IMG/VR virus record: IMGVR_UViG_3300034012_003212
Location: 1-64,000 of that record
Reading direction: 5' to 3' (one strand)
Length of the DNA stretch: 64,000 nt
Notes under the pieces: generated by a model
What the model was told of the DNA's origin: nothing
The model's input: the letters and a program-made list of their open reading frames with translations, nothing else
The model's database searches: none
Position numbers and translations under genes: made by a program
Shown here: positions 53,933 through 64,000 of the stretch, one piece after another
How positions within the stretch are numbered: the stretch's first letter is position 1
Layout of the letters: each line of letters opens with the position of its first letter

Positions 53933-56900
53933 GATTCTCTTTCCATTTTTTCGTATGTTTCATACACAGAAACGAATCCGGTTTTTTCGATAGTCTTCGT
54001 GTTGTTATTGACATCAACCACTGTTGCAATTACATTGTAATTACCTGCTCTTTGAAACGTCCATGCCAAATTCTCAGACTTAATTTTCACGAGTGTGACA
54101 CCGGATCTGGAATCTTCCAACTCCCATATGACATTCTTGGCTCCAGGTATTTTACAGTTTGCTAACGAAAAGAACACAGTAGAAAACACAGGTGCATCCA
54201 CATGGTCCACTCCTATGTACGAGTCATTCCAACAGAAACTACCGTTCAGATACGGCGAATATTGTCTGCGAAGATCTTTGACAAAATCTTCTGCGCAAAG
54301 ACTGAAATGTTTATTAGGCGGATATGTTGCACCACCTTCCAACCAACCACGGGTGATTGAATAATCCAAAGGATTATAGCTTCCTAATTCTTCGGTGAGA
54401 CTATCATTCTTGAAATCATACACAGGATACGATGTGCCCCTTGTCAGAAATTCAGGATCACTTCCATACACACCATTATCATACTCGAGGTAACACAATC
54501 CTGATGTTCCAGGAACCTTAGCACTTGCTAGTATAAAATACTCAGGTTGTACATATTTCTCGGTATCCGTTTCTGGGTCATACACTATAACATCCTGTAA
54601 TTCTGCCCATTCTGTGAAGTACACTCGATAATCTGTCACATCAACAACATTCTGATAATCAGTATTATGTTCAACGGGTATAGAAATTATCGCATTTATC
54701 GGATCGAATGAGGAAGCATCACTTATCGTGAGTTCTATTGTATCAGTTCCATCTGAGCTTTTTATGCGTATCGTCTTTCCTATCTCAAAGTATGGAAGTG
54801 AAGTTATGTCATTTTCGAAATAAAAACTAACGTTCTGGCTAACGCTTCCATTGTCTGAATAATTCGAAAGAACATACGCATCACCGACCTTGTATCCACC
54901 GGACATATAATATGGCCAGAATCCATATGAAATTGATGTGTAATAATCAGTCTTCACAGGAGACGATGAATTATTGTAGAAGACAGCGTTTTCTGATACC
55001 TTTCCATCGAAGTCATTTGAGCCAATAGAAGCTGGTTCGACTATAACATAATCCCCTTGGGATAGTTCATCCAGAGACATCTTGGAATACGGAGTGCTCT
55101 TGTACTCTCCATAAATGGAAGTAGTTCCAACCGAAAGAACCCGGAAAGCATACGTATTCTCATCATACTGGCCAAGGTAAACGAGTTTTGCAGAAGGACT
55201 ACGATGTGCTTGAATCTTTCCATCAATTGGTGTTCCAGGTAACATAAAGCAAACATCCCCTGTTTCAAATGATGCATATTGATCGTTTGCCTCTACGAGT
55301 ATTGTGTATGGCTCTATTCGCACAAGGCCAATAGATTCATCATACAATGCGACGCTGTAATTGAATTTTGAAATTCCCTCATCGTTCGATGATCTAAGAG
55401 CTTCAACCGCGTCTCCGAGTGTCATGAATTGCGTGTTGGGAAATTCAAATAATTCTCCTGAGTCAACGCGAATCGTGCCGCCAGGGGAAACTGCATTAAG
55501 TTTAAATCCACATATCGCCGGTGAATGGTAATCAAATGATCCCCATGTCCTCGAAAAGGAATCCTGCCATCGCACTTTTGCTGATTTCCACTTTGAAACT
55601 GCATCCACGCCGTACCACTCCTGTGCGTAATCAAGATCAAAATCAGAAAATTGGATCATGTAACTAAGATCTATTTTTCTTAGATTATTGAATGGATCAT
55701 CGAGTACTAGAGAAGTCTTTCCATTTGCATATGTTATTCCATTGATGTAGAACGAAACATCCGAGTCAACGTTATTCCAATACGCAACAATATCATTTGA
55801 TGGATCATTCGGATCTGGAATAAAAGATAATGCGTTATTCTGTGAACTTGCATATATGATGGTCTTTCCGTTATATGGCGTAATCGTTCCAGGGAGAAAT
55901 CTTGCAATAAAATCAAAGTACCTTATAGAACAATTTTCTAGTGATTCTATTCTTGAACTATTGATCAATTCAGATGGATCAAAATTAAATGGCCTTTCGT
56001 CCAATGATTCAAACACTATAGTGGTTGTGTTTCCGTCGCTATCGTACCGGGATTGTTTAATTAAACCCTCATTAAAGGAAGTCTGACCATACAATTTGTA
56101 CTCAATTGATGTATTTGTTCTCATGCGACTGGTTACATCACCAGTGACGCCAAACATGTATCTTGGGCGATATCCATCATACCGTAGATCTGTTGACATT
56201 GAATAAAATGTCAAATCTCCTATTTCTTTTCTGGATATTATGGATATCTGTTTTCCATACAGTTCAGATTCTGAATGCTCACCTTCAATTGTTATGAGTT
56301 TTTGGGTGCTATCATAGTACTTTACTTTGTATCCTTCTCGATTTTCTTGCACAGTAAACCGAACAAACATGCCAGACTTTATCATCTGTGCATTTGGTTC
56401 ATCCGGGTTGAAGTAATTTCCACTTATTTTTACTATGCTCTTGTTGTAATCTATTTCAGATATAGGAAGAATAATAGATTCAAGCACTTCGTCTTTTCCT
56501 AGATAAGAAGAAACAGACGAATCTTTCCACCTGATTCCACAATTCTGCCATGTTGTATTCTTGAGTGATCGATAAAGACTATTCACGTCGGATCGCCTCT
56601 TTCTCTTCGGACGGAGGACCCCCTGGTTTCTTTCTGCCCAAGACCATGCCCCTTGTTTCCATGTCTGGTTTACATCAGTCCACAACTCAATCTTATTTGA
56701 TGCTCGGTATATCCCTGCGATGTTCGTCGATTTCATCAGCACCTGGAAAAGAGATTTCTTTGTCCTCGACTGACTTCCGCTGCTCGTGAGATAATACGCG
56801 AGTGTTACATCGTAGTTGCCTTCGTATGGAACCACCACATCGTGTACTTCAAGGTCTTCTATCTTTCCTCGTTTTCTGTACGTAAATGGAACTTCCCTTT

Positions 56901-59325
56901 CGGCTGATTTGACTCTCCATTCCATTTCATACGCATCTTTGGATGCTATACCTTTCCATGAATACTGGGTTCCCGGGAGCTCTTGCTCCGAAGACATCAT
57001 ATTCTTCCATGTCTGTTTTAGATCCGACCATGTGACACTGAACGTATTTGCCGTAAGTGTGACGGTCGCTCCTATGTTTGCCTGAGAATCATCAACAAAG
57101 TTAGAATAACTCTTGTTGACATAGAAGCTTCTTAATTCGAAGTCTTTGATGTCCTGAATAGAAAATTGAGCAAGATCCTGAACCTTAACGCCATCTCCTA
57201 TGTTATCGTCGGTGCGGTACCCGGTTCCAAGATCCTCTATGTATGCTATCGACGGTTCTGCCGTAAAATCTATGTCAAGATAATCTGGGGATGCTGTGAT
57301 AGTTTCATTCTGAGTCAGCCAACTTTCTATTGCATACGTTTCAAAATAAACCCCCTCGCCCGTTATGTCGACTATTCTTGCATTCAGAGGAAGGAAATAC
57401 TTCTTTAGAACATTCTTAAGAGAGAATAACTTTATGAGTATCTCATCATTCGTGAAATCAAACACATCCTGTGTCACAGGCTGGCCGTATTCATCATATG
57501 TTCCAGTGAGCCTATTTATGTCGTAGAATAGGCTAAACTTATTTGTCTTTTTCCAGTTTTGACTGGGAATTAATTTATCATTATTTACATCTGTCAGATT
57601 CAATGGCACTTCCACCTGACGATATTTACCGTAGATGGTGGATTGCATATCTATGTTCTTCCAATATTCTTTGAGACGGAGATCACCGTAGCCAAAAAAC
57701 TTTATAGCATTTATGAAACCCTTGTACGATCCAGTATATGGAAATATGTGATCGCCTGCCGCTAGTAATTCCTTCCTCTTCTCATTCACTATAAGGTAAT
57801 CAGGGAGTATCTCATTCACATCGGAACCTCGGAAAATAGGTCCAACATCTGGAACTATATCCATGCCCAGGTTCTGCAAAAGCATCTTGAATCGTTCATC
57901 TTCTCCTTCTACTTCCCCGTAGAATGCAACTTCGGCAACCTTCTGTTCATTCTCTATCGGGGTGCAACGAAACACTATGAGTGAATTCTGCTGAGGTATT
58001 ATCCCGTGCTCACTGTTTCCAAAATCAAGTGTCACTAGAGACGGAGTCCTCCTTGTTATCTGGACAACTGATTCTTCTTTTTCATATCCTGTGATGTCAT
58101 ACACAACTGAGATATCTTGCACATCCTGTTTTGAATATGCAATCCTATATTTAGATATGTCATCAACAAGCGACAGCGCAGCGTTATCTTCTATGTAAAC
58201 CGTTGTCGTGTCTTCTACTGGATCGTGCTCACTGTATACAATCTTGCACAGAAAGTTCTTTGATATGTCGCCGTCCTTATAAACAACAATATCCCCGTTC
58301 TGTGAAAGATTGGGCTCAGTTGCAATTGATTTATGGGATTCAAAAGTGAGACTCATTGAACCCAGATCAAGAGAAGATGAAGACTGCAGCTTTGTTCCGC
58401 TCCCTGGCGGTATTAGGTATACGTCAAACGAGTTGTTCTTAAACGAGAAGTCTTCTGGAACATCGAAAGGAAAACTCTGTGATTGCAGGCCAGTTCCAAG
58501 GAATGATTGGACTTCCGAACTTTCTACAGATGATAGATTTTTATAGTATATTTCAAGAGTTCTTGCGAATCTGGATTCTTCGTCCGAATGCAACGCTATG
58601 TTGACCTGCATGATCTTTTTATTCAGATCGTCAGATGGATCAATTATCCTGTATAATGTTGCATCAGAGTCGACTGAAATAGGTATATCACCAGAAAATG
58701 TCACCCCTTCGATATCATCCCCGGAACCATTATTAAGTAATATATCCTGAGTCTCTACTCTTTTTATGATAGCAGAATTTGCGCTTGTCTCCGCCTGAAA
58801 AAGAAATATGTTCTTCTCAAACTCGTACTCCCTCCATTTAAAAAAGAAGTATGAATCGGCATCGCCTCTTGGGTGTACATATGTAAATGTTTCAAGCCTC
58901 CACGAAGAATGGCTTCCACTTCCCTGTGAATAGACTATTCTTATGTGGGCATAACCAGTGGTTTCATTATATCCGAGTATATCTGCAACAAAATAATTCG
59001 AAGCATCGGATGTATCATATGATTTAAAGCTCTTTCCGGGCTTTAGAATTTTTGCGATTCCCAAAGATCCCGTCGGATCCGGTGTAAGAGGTATATCGGC
59101 ATATGTTGCAGTCTCTTTAGAAAGCGCATCAAGGTCTATAGATTGAGTGAATTCTTCCTTGTACTTCACCTCCTCAACTATAAAAAGATGCTGTACTTCA
59201 TGCAGAGAAGAAGACACTCTTGGGAAATAAGACATACCATACCAGACACCGTGTGTCCTTGTGAGGTTTAGCTCATTGCCGTTTTTATCAAAAAACTTTA
59301 AGTGTCTTCCTACTTCTACAAGCAT
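53917..59325 (-). CDS. Large baseplate/tail protein (1802 aa) with C-terminal PKD-like domain
   Basis: IFPYTGSYKGFINAIKFFGY wedge-like segment; WTFQRAGNYNV.ATV.D. Confidence 0.55.
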   Translation of the reverse strand: MLVEVGRHLKFFDKNGNELNLTRTHGVWYGMSYFPRVSSSLHEVQHLFIVEEVKYKEEFTQSIDLDALSKETATYADIPLTPDPTGSLGIAKILKPGKSFKSYDTSDASNYFVADILGYNETTGYAHIRIVYSQGSGSHSSWRLETFTYVHPRGDADSYFFFKWREYEFEKNIFLFQAETSANSAIIKRVETQDILLNNGSGDDIEGVTFSGDIPISVDSDATLYRIIDPSDDLNKKIMQVNIALHSDEESRFARTLEIYYKNLSSVESSEVQSFLGTGLQSQSFPFDVPEDFSFKNNSFDVYLIPPGSGTKLQSSSSLDLGSMSLTFESHKSIATEPNLSQNGDIVVYKDGDISKNFLCKIVYSEHDPVEDTTTVYIEDNAALSLVDDISKYRIAYSKQDVQDISVVYDITGYEKEESVVQITRRTPSLVTLDFGNSEHGIIPQQNSLIVFRCTPIENEQKVAEVAFYGEVEGEDERFKMLLQNLGMDIVPDVGPIFRGSDVNEILPDYLIVNEKRKELLAAGDHIFPYTGSYKGFINAIKFFGYGDLRLKEYWKNIDMQSTIYGKYRQVEVPLNLTDVNNDKLIPSQNWKKTNKFSLFYDINRLTGTYDEYGQPVTQDVFDFTNDEILIKLFSLKNVLKKYFLPLNARIVDITGEGVYFETYAIESWLTQNETITASPDYLDIDFTAEPSIAYIEDLGTGYRTDDNIGDGVKVQDLAQFSIQDIKDFELRSFYVNKSYSNFVDDSQANIGATVTLTANTFSVTWSDLKQTWKNMMSSEQELPGTQYSWKGIASKDAYEMEWRVKSAEREVPFTYRKRGKIEDLEVHDVVVPYEGNYDVTLAYYLTSSGSQSRTKKSLFQVLMKSTNIAGIYRASNKIELWTDVNQTWKQGAWSWAERNQGVLRPKRKRRSDVNSLYRSLKNTTWQNCGIRWKDSSVSSYLGKDEVLESIILPISEIDYNKSIVKISGNYFNPDEPNAQMIKSGMFVRFTVQENREGYKVKYYDSTQKLITIEGEHSESELYGKQISIISRKEIGDLTFYSMSTDLRYDGYRPRYMFGVTGDVTSRMRTNTSIEYKLYGQTSFNEGLIKQSRYDSDGNTTTIVFESLDERPFNFDPSELINSSRIESLENCSIRYFDFIARFLPGTITPYNGKTIIYASSQNNALSFIPDPNDPSNDIVAYWNNVDSDVSFYINGITYANGKTSLVLDDPFNNLRKIDLSYMIQFSDFDLDYAQEWYGVDAVSKWKSAKVRWQDSFSRTWGSFDYHSPAICGFKLNAVSPGGTIRVDSGELFEFPNTQFMTLGDAVEALRSSNDEGISKFNYSVALYDESIGLVRIEPYTILVEANDQYASFETGDVCFMLPGTPIDGKIQAHRSPSAKLVYLGQYDENTYAFRVLSVGTTSIYGEYKSTPYSKMSLDELSQGDYVIVEPASIGSNDFDGKVSENAVFYNNSSSPVKTDYYTSISYGFWPYYMSGGYKVGDAYVLSNYSDNGSVSQNVSFYFENDITSLPYFEIGKTIRIKSSDGTDTIELTISDASSFDPINAIISIPVEHNTDYQNVVDVTDYRVYFTEWAELQDVIVYDPETDTEKYVQPEYFILASAKVPGTSGLCYLEYDNGVYGSDPEFLTRGTSYPVYDFKNDSLTEELGSYNPLDYSITRGWLEGGATYPPNKHFSLCAEDFVKDLRRQYSPYLNGSFCWNDSYIGVDHVDAPVFSTVFFSLANCKIPGAKNVIWELEDSRSGVTLVKIKSENLAWTFQRAGNYNVIATVVDVNNNTKTIEKTGFVSVYETYEKMERESCPID

Positions 59326-59353
59326 TATTGTATTGATTCTTTAAAAATTTATC

Positions 59354-60157
59354 TTAGACTGTTTCTATGTATGCGCCATACATGTTAAGTATCAACCATT
59401 CTGAACCAGTCCATGCCAATTCGACGCAGCTGTAATACAGATCCGATCCAACCGCAGTGCTATTATTTGCCAGAAGTATTCCTTCGCCTGCTGCCACGCC
59501 GACGATGCTTCCACCGGTAGGAGCAAGTAGGTAGTGGCCTGCCACATTAGTCACATCTTCATTTAATTTCGTGCATATGGTTATCCTCTGACCTATATCA
59601 CCGGTGTTAGGGAGTCTTACGTCCTTTATCGTGAATCCATCTGCTGTATTCGAAGGATCATACGATGATGTCCATTGAAGGAGGAACACAGATTTTTTTG
59701 TCGTTGTTATCGTTCCAGTTGTTCCACTTACGGTTGCATATGATGCAGAGTCGTAAGCTGCGATGAATGAATCTGCGAATCCATTCTGCACAACCGATCC
59801 AGAACTCGCAAGATTGTACGCAGAGATCTTGTATGTCGAATTTGACTGTGTGATATCCCCGCTGCTTGCAGTGATGCCTCCTGTTGAAGTCATCGTGTTC
59901 ACTGTAGTCGAACCAGATACAGAAACGTTACCTGCAACAGTAGCAGATTTCTGAAGCTCCAGTCCTACTACTGAAGTGGCTTCACTTTGTACCTTTTCTA
60001 TCACCACGCTCGAAAGAACTGCATCTCCGGATGATGAATCGACGAATTCGTTCAAAGAGTCAACTGAGTCCTTGAGTTTTGTGAAATTGTCATTTATTGT
60101 GATCCTCGATGATGCGATCTCATCGGTTTCGAGGATTTCTGTTATATTTATCGCCAT
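59354..60157 (-). CDS. Putative virion/fibre protein
   Basis: SRITINDNFTKL N-terminal motif typical of fibre attachment segments. Confidence 0.5.
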   Translation of the reverse strand: MAINITEILETDEIASSRITINDNFTKLKDSVDSLNEFVDSSSGDAVLSSVVIEKVQSEATSVVGLELQKSATVAGNVSVSGSTTVNTMTSTGGITASSGDITQSNSTYKISAYNLASSGSVVQNGFADSFIAAYDSASYATVSGTTGTITTTKKSVFLLQWTSSYDPSNTADGFTIKDVRLPNTGDIGQRITICTKLNEDVTNVAGHYLLAPTGGSIVGVAAGEGILLANNSTAVGSDLYYSCVELAWTGSEWLILNMYGAYIETV

Positions 60158-60185
60158 GGTTTACCTCTTGTATTATTTTAAAATT

Positions 60186-61907
60186 TTACTTACTCTTTAA
60201 TTTTTTTATCTTCTCAGTGGAATACCTGTTGTATATCGATTGACTGAGGATGTCTTTTATCTCTATGTTCACAGGTGAAGCTGTGTTGAAATCTATTGTA
60301 TCATTATAGAAATTACCATATCGATCATACCAACCTCCTCGTATCACAGGCAACTCGCCTTTTCCTATTATTATATCCCCCTGCGCATCAAGGCCTATGT
60401 CAACGGGCTCAACAGCATTCGGATTTGTACTCAGCTCAGCAAGCCATTTTTCTTTGCTTCTTTCATTTTCTTCACACATAAACCTCACATTGACCGAATC
60501 AACACCTTCGATTCCTTCAATGACTGACACAATATCACTCTGCGGTATTCTATCTCTTCTCACAAATGTTAGAAGGTACTCGTTGATACTGGAAACAATA
60601 GAACTTCGTATGAGGTCAAGAGAATAGTTCTCGAACACAACAATGCTTATATTCAGTACATACTTCTTTATAACTGGTCGGAGTATCCTCATCTCAGATG
60701 TTACAAGCATTGAACCGGATTCCCTTACGTACTCTCGTATTTTTGAAACCTCATCATCAAACAAGTTAAATTTTGCAATGTCTATACTAAAATAATTCTC
60801 ATTTGATTTTAGCCTTTTTGTTATATCAGGAACCAAATACACGTAGATGATGTTATCATCGTCAAGGTAATCATCGTTAAACGTATCAAATGCGTCAACT
60901 ATTGAGAAGTAATTGAGTTTCTGAAGAAAGTATATGTAATTCTCTGCTCGGGCAAGCACAAAACTTTTTGATGCCCTAGGAGCTAATAATTTTGTGAGCT
61001 CAATAGGTTCCGGCGATGTACCAAGAACGACCTTTGTTGCCAATTTTATACTAAGGGCACTGTTTGCATCTATAGTTCTACCGAGGGCGTCAAAAACAGG
61101 ATCTATGAATATGAACTTGGCCCTATCGGTCATGTCGATAATGTTTCCAAATGAACCGAGTGTTAGTAGGTATTGGACTGTTATGGTAGAACCAGGCTGA
61201 GGTATTTTTCCATATTGACCATTCCCGAATATTATATCGATACCGCTATTCAGTGAAGTTCGAACTAGGCAAGAAGGGGATTCCGGTGGCATATCATAAA
61301 AACTATCGTATGCCTTATATTCTTCTCCATTTACGTAGATGTTCACGAAATGATTATCTATGTTATCGTTGTTCTGAACTACAGCATTGAATGATTGCAA
61401 AGGGAGTCCAGTTCCTGTGAAATTCTGGGTTTCTATTTTTCCCTGAATTATCTTTGTTCTTACTTGCGCAGGACTTCCAACGGTCATACGTATCTCTTCC
61501 CTTGCGGCAAGGATTACATAATCTATGTTTGTGTTCACGCAACGTATGAGCGTGAGATTTGGTATTACGATCTGATTGTTTGCTGCTTGTACACTTTCAC
61601 CGGTGAAACTTATGTAAATATCACCCGTCGCACCCATTGCCCTCGTTGGATTATGGCCAGTTAATCTAGAGAGACCATATACTGAACTCTTTCTTGTTGC
61701 TGTATTTATGTTCAGCTCATTTACGCTATCCTCTATGTAAAACATGACCTTCTGTGCAAATGCAGCGATGGCGATCATTATCTGTCCGTACGCAGACGAA
61801 GGGCCGAATACAGCCAAGGATTGGGAGTACGTATTTGAAAAATAGGTCCTTACGTCTTCGTATACCTGCGAAAAGAGGACACTTACTTTTTTAATTAGTG
61901 GGTTCAT
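60186..61907 (-). CDS. Baseplate wedge subunit (T4 gp6-like)
   Basis: ELNINTATRKSSVYGL.RL.G.NP, FG.G..G..P and IYVYLVP motifs. Confidence 0.8.
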   Translation of the reverse strand: MNPLIKKVSVLFSQVYEDVRTYFSNTYSQSLAVFGPSSAYGQIMIAIAAFAQKVMFYIEDSVNELNINTATRKSSVYGLSRLTGHNPTRAMGATGDIYISFTGESVQAANNQIVIPNLTLIRCVNTNIDYVILAAREEIRMTVGSPAQVRTKIIQGKIETQNFTGTGLPLQSFNAVVQNNDNIDNHFVNIYVNGEEYKAYDSFYDMPPESPSCLVRTSLNSGIDIIFGNGQYGKIPQPGSTITVQYLLTLGSFGNIIDMTDRAKFIFIDPVFDALGRTIDANSALSIKLATKVVLGTSPEPIELTKLLAPRASKSFVLARAENYIYFLQKLNYFSIVDAFDTFNDDYLDDDNIIYVYLVPDITKRLKSNENYFSIDIAKFNLFDDEVSKIREYVRESGSMLVTSEMRILRPVIKKYVLNISIVVFENYSLDLIRSSIVSSINEYLLTFVRRDRIPQSDIVSVIEGIEGVDSVNVRFMCEENERSKEKWLAELSTNPNAVEPVDIGLDAQGDIIIGKGELPVIRGGWYDRYGNFYNDTIDFNTASPVNIEIKDILSQSIYNRYSTEKIKKLKSK

Positions 61908-61918
61908 TTCATAATTTT

Positions 61919-63262
61919 TTAAAGACGCATGACCGAAGTCTTATCGTCAATACCTGCGAGGTCGGATATATCACCGGAACGTACTATACACTTTTTAAGA
62001 TCGCCTTTAACGTTGTGTGGTGCATTGTCAATATAGCAATCAAAAAAGGTGTTATGGGGTGTAGCAATATGACATGATTTTATCTTTGAGAACTCTATGT
62101 TGTTGTCCAGCGAGATGTTACAGTAAAACAAATGAGACTCTTTTACTTTACATCCTATGAAGGTGCACTGTTCTATCACAGCACCTTTTATGTAACAGTC
62201 GACGAAATCCATATCAGAAAATTTCCACGATCTAAGAAACTTTCCATCTTTTACTTGATACCGATGTAGGTCGTTATCAAGGTTTATCATGCCAGACTTC
62301 AACCCGTTTGTATATATCAGATTGAATAGGATGTTTCTTATCTCATTCCAGTATGTTGCCAACAGCTGATCATCGTCCTTGAGATCGACAAAAACTTTGA
62401 TCTTTGGATACATCACCTTAAAAACCCTGTGATTTATTATACTATTGACAAACTTTTTATGGTCTATCATCCTCTGTCTCAGGCTATCGACATCCGCTTG
62501 ATCGTATGATGGAACCCTCAGGCATTCATATATGGTCAGAGCTGTATAATCAATGAGACTTAGTATATCTTCTATCTTTTCCTCATAATCCCGCCCTCCC
62601 ATATACCTCATTTCAAGGTAACCAAATTCAAGCTTTGAGAAATTGAAACCAAAGTACTTGTCACTTGGTACGGTAAAACTCGAACGATTTATCGTCTTTA
62701 TGTTATCTGTGAAGGAAAAAAGATTATTCGGAAGGACAAAATCTATAGACTTTGCAAAAACATTGTCCATCCTCTCGGGAAACTTATCGAATACATTATT
62801 CTCATCGTAGGATAATATGAGTTTTAATGGATCCAACCCTGATAAATTTATGGTTTTATCAGGGGTCTTAAATGGATCAAAACTTATATTTACGTGTATG
62901 CCAGAACGAGATGTGGTTTTTCCATTATCTCGTATGTAATTAAGAACTTTAGCTAGTATTATTTTTGCCTCATAATAAGGAGTAGGACCGGTGACCAATT
63001 CCATCATCGCCGGCCCTCCTGAAAAATCATGCTCTAGCTTATAGTTATAGTAAGAAACCTTCATCTCTGTGTGAGCTCCGGGTATCTTTTTTCCGCTAGG
63101 ATCTGTCTTAAATGCAGCAACGACCTTTTTTTCAAGGATATCTGATAGTTCGCGCGCAACTTTATTGAATCCCTTCTTACAAAAGAATTCAAACTCAAAT
63201 CCTATTATAACAGAATTCAGTATCGCGTTCTTATTTAAAAAATCCCTTGTTTTAAGGTTCAT
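61919..63262 (-). CDS. Putative amidoligase (COOH-NH2 ligase family) with C-terminal beta-helix-like repeats
   Basis: IGFEFEF, ELVTGP, SGIHVNISF and YLEMRYMGG motifs. Confidence 0.65.
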   Translation of the reverse strand: MNLKTRDFLNKNAILNSVIIGFEFEFFCKKGFNKVARELSDILEKKVVAAFKTDPSGKKIPGAHTEMKVSYYNYKLEHDFSGGPAMMELVTGPTPYYEAKIILAKVLNYIRDNGKTTSRSGIHVNISFDPFKTPDKTINLSGLDPLKLILSYDENNVFDKFPERMDNVFAKSIDFVLPNNLFSFTDNIKTINRSSFTVPSDKYFGFNFSKLEFGYLEMRYMGGRDYEEKIEDILSLIDYTALTIYECLRVPSYDQADVDSLRQRMIDHKKFVNSIINHRVFKVMYPKIKVFVDLKDDDQLLATYWNEIRNILFNLIYTNGLKSGMINLDNDLHRYQVKDGKFLRSWKFSDMDFVDCYIKGAVIEQCTFIGCKVKESHLFYCNISLDNNIEFSKIKSCHIATPHNTFFDCYIDNAPHNVKGDLKKCIVRSGDISDLAGIDDKTSVMRL

Positions 63263-64000
63263 TTTCTGTGTATAATGTTGCTTGGATCAAATTCCGTTTT
63301 TCATTTATACTACTAACTACGATTTTTACCGTGTCCCCTTGCTTTATCCTTTGTTGTGGAGCAGTCACTGATTTGATGGGAACTGTTGTAATTATGTTTC
63401 CGAATTTAATGGTAACATGTGATCCGCGTATAGATTCCACTAGAACATCGACGCACAGATCACTATCGTTAGTTTCTATGATATTTTTTAGGTTCTTCAA
63501 TTGTTCGTACAACGCCTGAACAAAACTTTCATTTTGCGTGAGAACAAAATTCTTAGGCGGTATGACATCCCGGATCCAAACTTCTATTTCAGAACCAGGC
63601 CTTAAAAGCTTTGAAGAAAAATCAGCCGCAGTCTGTTTATTCATATCACCCACGGACAGAAGACCTGTCATTATGCCGTTAAACTCAACAAAAACTCCAG
63701 CATCTATCGATCCCGTCACTATGCCAACGTACAGATTCCTTATATCAAGGTCTGCCACCATCTTAGGCATGATGTGATCTATGTACTTCTTATTGGAAAC
63801 GATGAACGTGTTATTCGCATGGATATACGAATCTACCATCACTTTTATAGTCTTTCCAATGAGTGCTTCAAAATTTGTTATCTTATTAGCACTTGCGAGT
63901 GAACCTGGCAAAAATGCTTCAATGCCATTGATATCAACAAAATATCCCCCTTTGTTCTTCTGAAGGACCTTTGCATCATACACTTTCGTTTGCGCATCAA
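63252..64000 (-). CDS. Multi-S1-domain RNA-binding protein (ribosomal protein bS1-like), 5' truncated
   Basis: A.V..KNKGGYFVDINGIEAFLPGS and G.VTG....GVFVEF.G..TGLL S1 repeats; frame open to the window edge. Confidence 0.8.
   Translation of the reverse strand, partial: DAQTKVYDAKVLQKNKGGYFVDINGIEAFLPGSLASANKITNFEALIGKTIKVMVDSYIHANNTFIVSNKKYIDHIMPKMVADLDIRNLYVGIVTGSIDAGVFVEFNGIMTGLLSVGDMNKQTAADFSSKLLRPGSEIEVWIRDVIPPKNFVLTQNESFVQALYEQLKNLKNIIETNDSDLCVDVLVESIRGSHVTIKFGNIITTVPIKSVTAPQQRIKQGDTVKIVVSSINEKRNLIQATLYTENEP

Overview
The window is part of a large T4-like (jumbo) phage genome in genetic code 11. It carries gp32-like SSB, gp61-like primase, UvsY, UvsW, a gp6-like baseplate wedge, collagen-like fibre proteins and a tRNA-Lys. 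TAnnTTTG promoters and a BFN-UVR gene point to a Bacteroidota/FCB host (inference). The main feature is an array at 7689-19760 of 55 paralogous mini-genes; intact units are 41-85 aa. Each has a fixed head (MNLENV..KI), a variable core of 4-residue S-V-x-x modules (12-bp unit, typically TCC GTG TGG AAC) and a fixed tail (GLQEPIREER..G). Most are chained by ATGA stop/start overlaps. The units are mosaic, their lengths step by 4 aa, and the variable codons change mostly at non-synonymous positions. A 1.6-kb module splits the array in the middle of a junction motif. It holds twin promoters, a DUF6745-like gene, its small partner gene and a terminator. No recombinase, reverse transcriptase or cas gene is visible in the window. 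Accessory genes include a putative DNA-hypermodification pair, a PRTase plus SLOG pair, an outer-membrane beta-barrel, rfbA, an LRR protein, an amidoligase-like protein and an S1-domain protein. Family assignments come from motif recognition, not database searches.
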